Source of the DNA: Filomicrobium sp.
GTDB taxonomy: Bacteria; Pseudomonadota; Alphaproteobacteria; Rhizobiales; Hyphomicrobiaceae
NCBI GenBank assembly: GCA_965226995.1
Contig: CBDDFK010000009.1
Span: 27,699-91,698 of the forward strand
DNA: 64,000 nt
Direction of reading: 5' to 3'
Shown: positions 41,844-50,513 of the stretch, piece after piece
How positions within the stretch are numbered: position 1 is the stretch's first letter
How the letters are laid out: every line of letters begins with the position of its first letter
The notes under the pieces: generated by a model
Seen by the model: only the letters and a program-made list of their open reading frames with translations
Databases searched by the model: none
Told to the model about the DNA's origin: nothing
Translations under genes and position numbers: made by a program

Positions 41844-43577
41844 TCAGCGCGCTTCGAGATCAATCAGCGGCAGGATGCGCTCGATAATGCGCGCGGTTGT
41901 CGGCGCCGCGTTCCGCCCGGCGGTAATATGCCCCCCGGTCTCCTTGGTACCCTGCGGCTCGAACAGGCTGACAAGCGTCAGATAGCGCGGGTTCTCCATA
42001 GGGAAGGACCCCAGGAACGATGCGATCACCGCCTTCTCGCGGTAACCGTCGCGGCCAGGAATCTCTGCCGTACCCGTCTTCCCACCGACCGTGATGCCTT
42101 CCACACGCGCACGCCGGCCCGTCCCCTCATCGCTCATGACGTTGCCCGCCATCATCTCGCGGATCGCCCGGCTCGTCGCTTCGGATATGACACGCTCGCC
42201 GGCTTCGCGGTCCACGCCGTTCTGCGCCAGAAACGTCGGCTGCACGCGTCTGCCACCATTCACCAGCGGCGCGGCCGCAGCGGCGAACTGCAGCGGCGCG
42301 ACGGCGATCCCATGGCCATAGGAGATCGTCACCGTCTCGGCATCGCCCCACCGCGCCGGCAGTACCGGTGCCGCGATTGCTCCGGCCTCCGTCTTCATCG
42401 GCTGCGTAAGGCCAAGCTTCTCGAGGAATGCTTTTTGTTCCGGCTGACCGGCACCCAGCGCGATCAGCCCTGCGCCGACATTTGACGACTTGAGGAAGAT
42501 TTCCGCCACCGATAGCGGCCGTCCCGCGGGGTGATCGTCGCTGATGCGATAGCCCTCGACATCGAGCGGCTGACGCACGTCGAGAACCGTCTCCGGCGTG
42601 ACCGCCCAATCGCCGTCGAGCACCATGGCGATGGTCAGCGCCTTGAAGATCGAGCCCAACTCATAGACCCCGCCGGCCAGACGGTCATGGCGCGCCTTGT
42701 CGAAGCGTTCGTCGACGGCAACGGGATCGAGCCCGGGCAAGGACACGGCCGCAACGATCTCCCCGCTGCGTACGTCCATGATGAGCCCGCTGGCCGCCTT
42801 CGCGTTGTAGCGTTCCATTGCCCGCTTAAGCTCGTCCTCGACGGCGAACTGCACCGCGACATCGAGCGAGAGCCGCGCCGCCGGACGCGCCGAAAGCGAG
42901 GTCCCGTGCACGGGCTCGACCTTCTTTCGGGTATCGAGGTGGCGCTCGATACCGGAGAGCCCCTTGTTATCGATGTCGACGTAACCGAGGACGTGCCCCG
43001 CCAGCCGTCCCAGCGGATAAGCCCGCCGCAGCTCGGAACGGAACCCGACACCGGGCAGCCCGAGCTCGTGCGCCGCCTGCGCCTGGGCAGGCGAAACGCC
43101 CCGCCGCAGCCAGGCGAAGCGCTTCTCCTTGTCGGCAAGAACCTCACCCACGCGCTGCCGGTCGAGATCGGGCAGCACGCCGCTGAGCTTGTCGGCGACT
43201 TCGCCCGGATCGAGAACCAGACTCGGGTCGGCGACGATCGACGGCATGACGATATCACCGGCCATCAACCGGCCATTGCGGTCGACGATATCGGGCCGCG
43301 CGAACGCCGTTGCGATGGGCGCATTCATCGACAGCCTCTCGACCGGCTCGGAGTTCGACGCCAGGCGGACAAGTTGCGCCGAGACCGCCAGGAAGGCCAC
43401 CGCCATCCCGGCAATCGCGAGCAGCGCGCGGACCCGCTCGGCCCGCTTCTCGACGCGGTGAGCCAGGCGATGCGGCGGCGCCGGCGTAATGGGGTCGGAC
43501 GACGGCCGAGCGCCCGGTTCGCTGCGCGAAATCGCGGCCTCGGCCAGCCCCGGCGTAATGACGATGCCTGCGCTCAT
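41844..43577 (-). CDS. ftsI: peptidoglycan D,D-transpeptidase FtsI (PBP3)
   Basis: N-terminal TM segment. SxxK (GSIFK), SxN (KSSNVG), KTG (GGKTGTAE). Position in the cluster. Confidence 0.9.
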   Translation of the reverse strand: MSAGIVITPGLAEAAISRSEPGARPSSDPITPAPPHRLAHRVEKRAERVRALLAIAGMAVAFLAVSAQLVRLASNSEPVERLSMNAPIATAFARPDIVDRNGRLMAGDIVMPSIVADPSLVLDPGEVADKLSGVLPDLDRQRVGEVLADKEKRFAWLRRGVSPAQAQAAHELGLPGVGFRSELRRAYPLGRLAGHVLGYVDIDNKGLSGIERHLDTRKKVEPVHGTSLSARPAARLSLDVAVQFAVEDELKRAMERYNAKAASGLIMDVRSGEIVAAVSLPGLDPVAVDERFDKARHDRLAGGVYELGSIFKALTIAMVLDGDWAVTPETVLDVRQPLDVEGYRISDDHPAGRPLSVAEIFLKSSNVGAGLIALGAGQPEQKAFLEKLGLTQPMKTEAGAIAAPVLPARWGDAETVTISYGHGIAVAPLQFAAAAAPLVNGGRRVQPTFLAQNGVDREAGERVISEATSRAIREMMAGNVMSDEGTGRRARVEGITVGGKTGTAEIPGRDGYREKAVIASFLGSFPMENPRYLTLVSLFEPQGTKETGGHITAGRNAAPTTARIIERILPLIDLEAR

Positions 43578-43581
43578 GGCA

Positions 43582-43881
43582 TCACCTCACCTTGGCTTTC
43601 GACCCGCCGAACCCCAGCGGATCGGCTTCGGACGCCGGAATGAACTGGTCGCGGCGCGCCGGCACGAGCCCAAGCTCGCGTGCCGCCTCGCCAATCCGGG
43701 ACGGCCGCGCAAGATGAGCGCGCTCGGCTTTGAGAATGGCGATGTCGCGTTGCATTTCCGCGATCCCGCGTTCGCGGTCCTGAACGCTGTCGGCCAGACG
43801 ACGGGTTTCGTGGTTGACCGCGTAGAGCGCGAAGGCGCTGCCCAGCATCGCCACCACCGCAAGAATGAGAAGTAGACGCAT
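43582..43881 (-). CDS. ftsL: alphaproteobacterial-type cell division protein FtsL
   Basis: 99-aa protein with an N-terminal TM segment (LLLILAVVAMLGSAFALY) followed by a coiled-coil region. Lies between rsmH and ftsI, ending 4 nt before the ftsI start. Confidence 0.65.
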   Translation of the reverse strand: MRLLLILAVVAMLGSAFALYAVNHETRRLADSVQDRERGIAEMQRDIAILKAERAHLARPSRIGEAARELGLVPARRDQFIPASEADPLGFGGSKAKVR

Positions 43882-43932
43882 TTGCTCGTCCCGCTCTGCC
43901 CTGAAGAGATCAAGGCGGGTCCCGCGTTGCGT

Positions 43933-44985
43933 TCAGTGGCCCGGCAGGTCGAGATCGTCCGGGTTGGCCGGCCAGGCCGCCGCCGCGGTTCGTGTCGCGG
44001 AACGCAGCCGTGCAGACCTGGCACGCGGGTTAGCCGCCAATTCAGCTTGACGAGAGGTTAACGAGCGAAGGTTAACGATCTGGAAACTTGGTGGATCAAA
44101 TGATTCGTTTTGGGGCGGTAAGTGGCGCGATGTACCCGGCGTGCGGCCGGAGCGGCTCGAAATGAAGCGTTTGACAATCCGGTCTTCAAGCGAATGGAAC
44201 GTCACGACGACGAGCCGGCCGCCCGGTTTGAGCGCCCGTTCGGCACCGAACAGCCCCTTGGCAAGTTGCCCCAGTTCGTCGTTGACATGGATACGAAGCG
44301 CCTGAAACGTCCGCGTCGCCGGATGTTTCCCGGGCGCGCCGCGGCCCAGCACCTTCTGCACGACATCGACCAGTTCCTGCGTGCGCGTGAACGGCGCCGC
44401 CTCACGCCGCGCCACGACGGCTCGCGCGATCGCCCGCGAACGCCGCTCCTCGCCGAGGTGAAAGAGGATGTCGGCGATCTCGTCGGTTTCGTAGGTGTTG
44501 AGAACGTCGGCCGCCGACGGAAGCGCCGAATTCGCGCCTTCCATGCGCATGTCGAGCGGCCCGTCCGCCTGGAAAGAAAAACCGCGCTCGGCTTCGTCGA
44601 GCTGCATGGAGGAAACGCCGAGATCGAAGACAACGCCGTCGAAGCGGCCCGCGAAACTCTCCTCGCCGTCACATTCCGCGAGTTCAAGTAGATCGCCGAA
44701 CGGCCGCTGCAGGAGTTCGAGCCGCCCCTGATAACGCTCCAGAAGTTCGGCGGCGCCGCTAATGGCGTCAGGGTCGCGGTCGAACGCCGTCACCCGGCAG
44801 TCGGCGGCGTCCAGGATTGCCGTCGCATAGCCGCCCGCGCCGAACGTTGCGTCAATGTAGGACTCGCCGTCCCGGGGCGATAGCGCCTCCAGCACTTCCG
44901 AAAGAAGCACGGGAATGTGCCGGGCGTCCGTTGCGCTGGCGGTTGCGCTGTCCGAGCCCCCCGGTTTGGACTTGCGCCGCGGCAT
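43933..44985 (-). CDS. rsmH: 16S rRNA (cytosine1402-N4)-methyltransferase
   Basis: Motifs HIPVLLSEVLEAL, DATFGAGGY, DLGVSSMQLD, SLEDRIVK. Confidence 0.95.
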   Translation of the reverse strand: MPRRKSKPGGSDSATASATDARHIPVLLSEVLEALSPRDGESYIDATFGAGGYATAILDAADCRVTAFDRDPDAISGAAELLERYQGRLELLQRPFGDLLELAECDGEESFAGRFDGVVFDLGVSSMQLDEAERGFSFQADGPLDMRMEGANSALPSAADVLNTYETDEIADILFHLGEERRSRAIARAVVARREAAPFTRTQELVDVVQKVLGRGAPGKHPATRTFQALRIHVNDELGQLAKGLFGAERALKPGGRLVVVTFHSLEDRIVKRFISSRSGRTPGTSRHLPPQNESFDPPSFQIVNLRSLTSRQAELAANPRARSARLRSATRTAAAAWPANPDDLDLPGH

Positions 44986-45053
44986 GCTTCCCGTGCTCCT
45001 TCGCCCCCGCTGCAGAAAATTCGCTATCCGTGGCCCGTACCGCGACGCCCCGC

Positions 45054-45521
45054 TCAGCCTTCGGCCTTCTCCCCACCTGGCCGGAACAGCTTGCGGTGGT
45101 CGCGGGCTTTCTCGCGCGCAGCCCGGCGGCGATCTTCGAAGCGCTCCGGTTCCCAGAGCTGAAACTTGTCACCAAGCCCGACAAAAGCAACCCGGCCTTG
45201 AAGACCGGCGTGCTCGCGCAGGCTTTCAGGAACAATGATGCGGCCGTCCCCATCGATCGAGAGGACGTGGACATCGCCGTAGAGCGCCATGGAAAGCTCG
45301 TCCCGCTCGTCGGAGTATTCCGGCAGGTCGGAGAGAAGCGCATCGATTTTCGCCGCAAGTCTCTCGCCGCCTGCATCGATCGCAGGAGCGTCGATCGAGG
45401 GGTAGCAGTAGATGCCCCCCGAGTAGGCGTCGCGCTCCAGGACGGCGCGGAAGGACGCGGGGATCGAGACGCGGCCCTTGGCGTCGATCTTGTTGGTGAA
45501 TGTCGAGACAAAGCGATCCAT
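45054..45521 (-). CDS. mraZ: transcriptional regulator MraZ
   Basis: ATG at 45521 (MDRFVSTFTNKIDAKGRVSIPASFR). A second SpoVT/AbrB-like half reads IDGDGRIIVPESLR. Confidence 0.9.
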   Translation of the reverse strand: MDRFVSTFTNKIDAKGRVSIPASFRAVLERDAYSGGIYCYPSIDAPAIDAGGERLAAKIDALLSDLPEYSDERDELSMALYGDVHVLSIDGDGRIIVPESLREHAGLQGRVAFVGLGDKFQLWEPERFEDRRRAAREKARDHRKLFRPGGEKAEG

Positions 45522-45564
45522 CCCCTCAGGCTTTCGACCTCTCAGCACGACACATCACTGTTGA

Positions 45565-45644
45565 GTGGCTCAACACGCGGCAGGCCGGTGTTGAAGCGTC
45601 TCTCGTGGCTCAACACGCGGCAGGCCGGTCTTGAAGCGTCTCAC
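45565..45644. repeat. two tandem 40-bp units, each containing a TCAACAC/GTGTTGA hairpin, in the dcw leader
   Basis: GTGGCTCAACACGCGGCAGGCCGGTGTTGAAGCGTCTCTC (45565-45604) repeats at 45605-45644 with 2 mismatches. Confidence 0.8.
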
Positions 45645-45695
45645 CAAATCCACTCAACCCGTTGAAACCAAGCGCCGATCAGCGCCGGGAACACG

Positions 45696-45768
45696 GCTCC
45701 ACATGCGCTTGCGCAATGTGGACCCAGGAACGACCCGCTCCACATGCGCTTCCGCAATGTGGACCCAG
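45696..45768. promoter_or_regulatory. two 32-bp direct repeats with a dyad core, 41-bp period; candidate operator upstream of mraZ
   Basis: GCTCCACATGCGCTT(G/C)CGCAATGTGGACCCAG at 45696-45727 and 45737-45768. Core dyad is CCACAT(T)GCGC / GCGCAATGTGG. Lies 175-247 bp upstream of the mraZ ATG. Confidence 0.45.
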
Positions 45769-45930
45769 CCAAAACTTCAGGCCGTGGCCGGTCGCTCTCG
45801 CAAGGCCCTCTCTCAAGCGAGGCGCCACAGCCACGGCCCTTTGCCCGGTGCGGACGGGCATCTATGGGATCTCATGGAATTTTATGGGTGTCAATGGATC
45901 GTTAAGGTTTTCCCTTGGGAAACAGGCACG

Positions 45931-45959
45931 AAAAAACCCGCGCCGGAGGCCGGTGCGGG
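45931..45959 (-). terminator. rho-independent terminator
   Basis: Minus strand CCCGCACCGG-CCT-CCGGCGCGGG followed by TTTTTT, downstream of the small ORF ending at 46067. Confidence 0.65.
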
Positions 45960-46066
45960 CGGTGGGTTGGAGCAGATGGCGGGCCGTGCCGGAGTTGAAG
46001 TCAGGATGCCGACGCCGGCACTCTGTAACCGGCGCTATTCAGGGCCGGCGTTCGTCAGGACCAGGA

Positions 46067-46393
46067 TTAGTCGGGAATGGAGCCGCAGGGCATCCGCTTC
46101 GGGTCCAGGCCGCCGCTCACATCGCGCACCTTCGCGCGCTTCTGGTCCGGCATGACGGCGACGACTTCCCAGTTGACGAGCCCCATCGCGAAAAAGGTCG
46201 AGAACGTCTGGCCGACGCGAACGTGCGCGCACGGCGCCCCGGCTGAGGCGGCCTCGCTTGCCGGCTGGAGATCCTGCTCGGCCGGTGCCGCAGTCGCCGC
46301 GCCCTCGGCCTCGACGGTCGGGCCTGCCAAGGCACAAACGAAAGCGCCGCAGAGAAGCGTTCCTACGAGGCGGACCGGGCGGCCGATAATCAT
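46067..46393 (-). CDS. small secreted hypothetical protein
   Basis: Internal ATG at 46393 gives MIIGRPVRLVGTLLCGAFVCALAGPTVEA, a signal-peptide-like N-terminus. Followed by a terminator. No recognisable family. Confidence 0.45.
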   Translation of the reverse strand: MIIGRPVRLVGTLLCGAFVCALAGPTVEAEGAATAAPAEQDLQPASEAASAGAPCAHVRVGQTFSTFFAMGLVNWEVVAVMPDQKRAKVRDVSGGLDPKRMPCGSIPD

Positions 46394-46963
46394 CGCGAAC
46401 TCCAGATGCTGTCTGTTCACGCACGAGCCTAGCCGCCGCCCCACCGGATCGGCAAGACCGGCCACGGCGCGGTGGAGTGGTAAGGCGTGGCCCGAACGGC
46501 AATGGGGAGGTTCGGGCCGAGCCGGGAAATGCCGCGATGGGGCATAGGGCGACTGATCCGTTCGACGATGAGCCGCTTGAACTTCGTCCGCTCACTGGTA
46601 GTCTAACGGACGGTTTCGCTGCGGGCGGAACGGTAGGGGATGACCCGAAGGCGAAGATGACGAGCACGGAGCTCGCTCCGCTGCAAATCGTGCGGTTATG
46701 CATCAGAAAGAGTCAGACGCTCAACGGAGGCACCGGGCCACTTTCTGCCACAGCCAGCTCTCTTATACCGAAAAAGATTCTTTCGTTTCACTCACAAGAG
46801 GGGCAGAGTCGGACTGAGCTAGCTAAAGATCTTTTCGTGCGCACCGCATCTAGCGCTGGCTTGTTCAAAGGTGAGGCCATGCTAAAGTTTAGTGCATCAG
46901 GTGGTGAGCGGTTTGTAATCACATCGCTAACCGCCGACTGCTCACGAGGGAAACTGAGAACGC

Positions 46964-47596
46964 ATGCCAACGCGAAGATCAGTAGTATCGGGGGTGCTCC
47001 TCGCATCCGTAACCGTCCTCGCCGGCCATATGCCGTTACCGGCCTACGCGCGAGGTTTTTATCAAGGGCGAATTGTTGCGGAGTGGATTGGATCACGCAA
47101 CATGCGCCTGGTTGAACCATTCGAATATGTCGCGCGAGATGAGCGTCGATGGCCAGTGCCGGCCGGCACAATCGTAGATGGCGCGTCAATTCCTCAATTT
47201 CTCTGGAGCCTAATTGGTGGACCGTTTGAGGGCCTGTATCGTAGTGCATCAGTCGTTCACGATCACTATTGCGAAACGCGAACAAGGGCATCTGATGACG
47301 TACACAACATGTTTTGGGAGGCAATGCTGGCCTCCGGCGTAAACAAGAACCGAGCATGGCTTATGTATAAAGCAGTTGAACAGTTCGGCCCCCGCTGGAA
47401 AGCGCCAAATATTCCTCCAGAATGCGAAGTTGTGAACGAAAGCTATGATTTCGAAAGGTGTACACGGAACATCGAGCCGCCAACGGTTATAATTCCCAGC
47501 CCAAGCCGATCGGAAATTGAGAAATTTTTGGATACCATTTCCCACTCTGCTGACAAAAAAGATATCTATCAACTAAGGTCAGCGCTCAAGGACTAA
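46964..47596 (+). CDS. exported DUF1353-like protein
   Basis: Signal peptide with twin-Arg-like MPTRRSVVSGVLLASVTVLAG...AYA. Core WPVPAGTIVDGASIPQFLWSLIGGPFEGLYRSASVVHDHYC matches the DUF1353 pattern as I remember it. Confidence 0.7.
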   Translation: MPTRRSVVSGVLLASVTVLAGHMPLPAYARGFYQGRIVAEWIGSRNMRLVEPFEYVARDERRWPVPAGTIVDGASIPQFLWSLIGGPFEGLYRSASVVHDHYCETRTRASDDVHNMFWEAMLASGVNKNRAWLMYKAVEQFGPRWKAPNIPPECEVVNESYDFERCTRNIEPPTVIIPSPSRSEIEKFLDTISHSADKKDIYQLRSALKD

Positions 47597-47616
47597 TTTT
47601 TTAAAGGATGTTGCAA

Positions 47617-49050
47617 ATGGCTTTCAAGTTTAGCCGCCTTTGGACGCTATTGAGAATTTCTACGGCCCTACTCGTTCAGATAACCGTTACAGTCGAAGCT
47701 GCTGAAATCTCGAGGTTGGGAATTACCAACAAGGCGAACCCTTTTGGGCTAGTTGAAAACCATATTGAATTACTGCCGTACCAGGATATATCCTTAACAG
47801 GAACGATTGAGCGTGGAGATCTTGATAAGGTCAAAACCGTGTTAAGCGGCACGGGTGGTAGCAATCACGCTCGCTTCCTGCTCAGTAGCTCTGGCGGGAA
47901 CTTCTTCGAAGCTGTCGCCATCGCCTTGTTCATACAGGAGAAATACGCGGCAACATATATTCCTGCAAACTCAAGATGCTTATCTGCCTGCGCTATAGTT
48001 TTCATGGCTGGAAGTCAGCACAACGGAGACGGAAATCTCCTCGTTCACCGCACAATGCACGCCACCGCCACTTTGGGATTCCATGCACCATTCATTTCTG
48101 GAAAACTGCCTGAGACTGTGCCGGGCCAACTCATAACAAAAGTGTACAAAGAGGCACTAAAGACCGCCTCAGAGTTCTTGAGAGTGGCATCCACTATAGA
48201 TTGGCCGAACTCATTGACACTCGAGCTACTTAAGATACCCCAAACTGACTTTCTGTACGTGGACACTGTGGGGCGCGCTGGACGTTGGGGAATAGACTTG
48301 GCTGGGGTAACAGAGCTCGGGCCACTTGATCGCCATTCTGCATTTCAAATGTGCCGCAACGTGCTAGATTGGAATTTCGAACGACAAACGACGAATAGAT
48401 TTAACCGCGATGGAGTTTCGGATGATTACTTTCAGATAGCTAGGCAGGCCGATGAAATTGTCGAGTTTAATTATCCAAATGAATTTGGCACTAGCTGTAA
48501 GATCACGGTTGATCGCAAAGCCATCTATGCCGAGCTAGATAAGGGTCAGCTGTTTTATCGGCCTGGCCGTTGGTGGCATTCGAGAAAGCCAGAGACCAAG
48601 ATTTCCACCCTGAAAAATGACGCAGAAAGCGCAAAAGAACGAATTCAGTTTTCTGAATTTGTGACAAAAGGCAAAAGAGATGATTTCTTTATGCATAATG
48701 GATCGCGAATGAAGTTTTCTTACGAGCTTACTGGCGGCGGGACGTCGCTCGTGATTACTTACGACAATCCGAGACCGGGCATGCGCGCCGAAGGAGTCTC
48801 ACCCGGTACCGTACTATTCTCAGGAAAAAACCAGGGCGGCATCAATGTATTTGGAACAGCGCGAATCTTTCGAAAAGGCTGTCGGCCAGTTGAATATGAT
48901 GTGGGCGGGCAGGTGGAACCCGGCGAAAAGAAAACGGTGATTCTGATGGGGGTAGGTAAGCGCTGGCTAGGTCGAAGCTGCAAGGCCCGAGAACAGAAAG
49001 GGTATGGCAGGGGAAGCGGTCGGCTTACCTTTAACCCGATAACCGATTGA
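47617..49050 (+). CDS. exported protein with COG3904/ClpP-like N-terminal pattern and unknown C-terminal domains
   Basis: ATG at 47617 lies 8 nt after AAGGA. Signal peptide ends ...VTVEAAE. LSSSGGNFFEAVAIALFIQEKYAATYIPANSRCLSACAIVFMAG resembles the S-GG...C-SAC...F-G pattern of predicted periplasmic COG3904 proteins. The remaining about 300 aa are unrecognised. Confidence 0.6.
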   Translation: MAFKFSRLWTLLRISTALLVQITVTVEAAEISRLGITNKANPFGLVENHIELLPYQDISLTGTIERGDLDKVKTVLSGTGGSNHARFLLSSSGGNFFEAVAIALFIQEKYAATYIPANSRCLSACAIVFMAGSQHNGDGNLLVHRTMHATATLGFHAPFISGKLPETVPGQLITKVYKEALKTASEFLRVASTIDWPNSLTLELLKIPQTDFLYVDTVGRAGRWGIDLAGVTELGPLDRHSAFQMCRNVLDWNFERQTTNRFNRDGVSDDYFQIARQADEIVEFNYPNEFGTSCKITVDRKAIYAELDKGQLFYRPGRWWHSRKPETKISTLKNDAESAKERIQFSEFVTKGKRDDFFMHNGSRMKFSYELTGGGTSLVITYDNPRPGMRAEGVSPGTVLFSGKNQGGINVFGTARIFRKGCRPVEYDVGGQVEPGEKKTVILMGVGKRWLGRSCKAREQKGYGRGSGRLTFNPITD

Positions 49051-49466
49051 ACTGCACTCTGCATGCTCCCCTTCCCACGTTACTCACGCCCCATCTGCTC
49101 AGGACCTTTCTGTATCACCCTCGGCCGTTCAGCCCGCTCGGAGACTGTTTGCTGCTCTACCAGTGGCCGGACGAGCTTCAAGCAGAGGACTCCGAGCAGG
49201 CCACTCACCCTATTGCCCCCCAGCCTCCGGCCGCGCCGGAACGCGATTGAAGGATAACTGGACGCGAGCGGGACAGGCAAGCTCAGGGCACGTCCTCTTC
49301 GCCGCCGGGCCACCCCCACCCGTCCGGCTCACCGGCAAGCCCCTCCGCCACCCTGGCCATCCCACAGCGAACCGCTTGTTGACCTCACGGTAACCATTCC
49401 CCGGCTACACCAGGGCTCCGGCATGTGTTGGCCGGAGGGTCGCGTTGTAGGTGGAGTTGTTGCGGG

Positions 49467-50504
49467 ATGCGTCTTGAGGAACCGGACGAACGGTCGGCTT
49501 CGAACGAGCGGACGCCTTTTGACGCGCGAGCGGCAGTGGCGGCGCGCTGTTCCGGCCTGCTCATCGCCGTTCTCGTTGCCTCCGTCCTCGCGCTGGCGTC
49601 GCTGACCTCGCCGGCCTCGGCCTACGGCGGGCTTTTCGCCCCCACGTCCCCCAGCGCCCCCGAACCCGACCGCGCCTACCACATCGCGCTTTCCGCGCCC
49701 GGCCAGGGCACCGTCAACCTCTATGCCGAGGAACACGGGCAGGGCCGACCGCTCCTGTTGCTGCACGGCCTCGGCGCATCCACCTTCACCTGGCGCAACC
49801 TGATCCCGGCGCTGGCCCGGCGTTACCGCGTGATCGCGCTCGACATGAAGGGCTTCGGCCGGTCGGACAAGCCGTTCACCCAGGCCTACACGCCTTACGA
49901 CCACGCCAACCTCGTCCTGGCGTTCATCCGCAAGCGCCGGCTTCAAGACCTGACGATTATCGGTCACTCCTACGGCGGCGCCATCGGCCTCCTGGTCACC
50001 CTGCGCTTCAACGAAACGAGCCCCGGCCGCGTGCGCGACCTCGTGTTGATGAACGCCCCCACCTACCGGCAACCCGAGACGGCGTTCGTGCGCTTCATGA
50101 ATGCGCCGGTCCTGCCCTACGCGGCGCTGACCATCGTGCCGCCGGTGCTCTCCACATGGCTGTCGCTCGACCAGGTGCAGGCGGAGAACCTAACGCGCGC
50201 CGACGTCCGCGCCTACGCCGCGCCGTTCTACGACGCCGCCGCCCGTCACGCGCTGATTACGACGGCGCGCCGCATCGAACCCAAGCATATGGACCGCCTG
50301 ACCGCCCGATACCCGTCGATCCGGCAGCGCACGCTGATCCTGTGGTGCCGCGACGACCACACCGTCCCGGTGGCCACCGGCCTGCGTCTTCACAAGACGC
50401 TCCCCAATAGCCGGATGGAAATCCTCGAAGGCTGCGGTCACGTGCCCCAGGACGAACGGCCCGAAGCCGTCCGCCAACTGATCTCGTCGTTCCTGCGCCG
50501 TTAG
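49467..50504 (+). CDS. alpha/beta hydrolase, probably exported
   Basis: Motifs LLLLHGLGASTFTWRN, IIGHSYGG (GxSxG), GHVPQDERPE. Hydrophobic N-terminal segment. Start is either the ATG at 49467 or the GTG at 49425. Confidence 0.8.
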   Translation: MRLEEPDERSASNERTPFDARAAVAARCSGLLIAVLVASVLALASLTSPASAYGGLFAPTSPSAPEPDRAYHIALSAPGQGTVNLYAEEHGQGRPLLLLHGLGASTFTWRNLIPALARRYRVIALDMKGFGRSDKPFTQAYTPYDHANLVLAFIRKRRLQDLTIIGHSYGGAIGLLVTLRFNETSPGRVRDLVLMNAPTYRQPETAFVRFMNAPVLPYAALTIVPPVLSTWLSLDQVQAENLTRADVRAYAAPFYDAAARHALITTARRIEPKHMDRLTARYPSIRQRTLILWCRDDHTVPVATGLRLHKTLPNSRMEILEGCGHVPQDERPEAVRQLISSFLRR

Positions 50505-50513
50505 TTCTGGGGC

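Larger units (their letters stand above)
46720..49060. other. low-GC islet (about 40-50% GC against about 65% in the flanks), probably horizontally acquired
   Basis: Hand counts per 60-nt line: 46621 68%, 46741 42%, 47581 40%, 48361 43%, 49081 62%. Contains two same-strand ORFs encoding exported proteins. Confidence 0.7.

Noticed and set aside
39228-42485. 583-aa and 496-aa plus-strand ORFs opposite murE-murF and ftsI
   Set aside because: They are shadow ORFs opposite genes with complete Mur-ligase and PBP motif sets. The same reasoning applies to 13531..15150, 16786..17901, 37285..38283, 42531..43643 and 62335..63876.
46394-47357. ORFs 46477..47115 (+) and 46788..47357 (-) at the left edge of the low-GC islet
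   Set aside because: Both overlap the DUF1353-like gene in other frames or on the other strand. They have no motifs or signal sequences, whereas the DUF1353 frame has a clear domain pattern.
46720-49060. Calling the low-GC islet a defined mobile element
   Set aside because: No integrase, transposase, tRNA attachment site, terminal inverted repeats or flanking direct repeats were found by eye. Only the compositional anomaly supports foreign origin, so it is reported as an islet and not as a mobile element.
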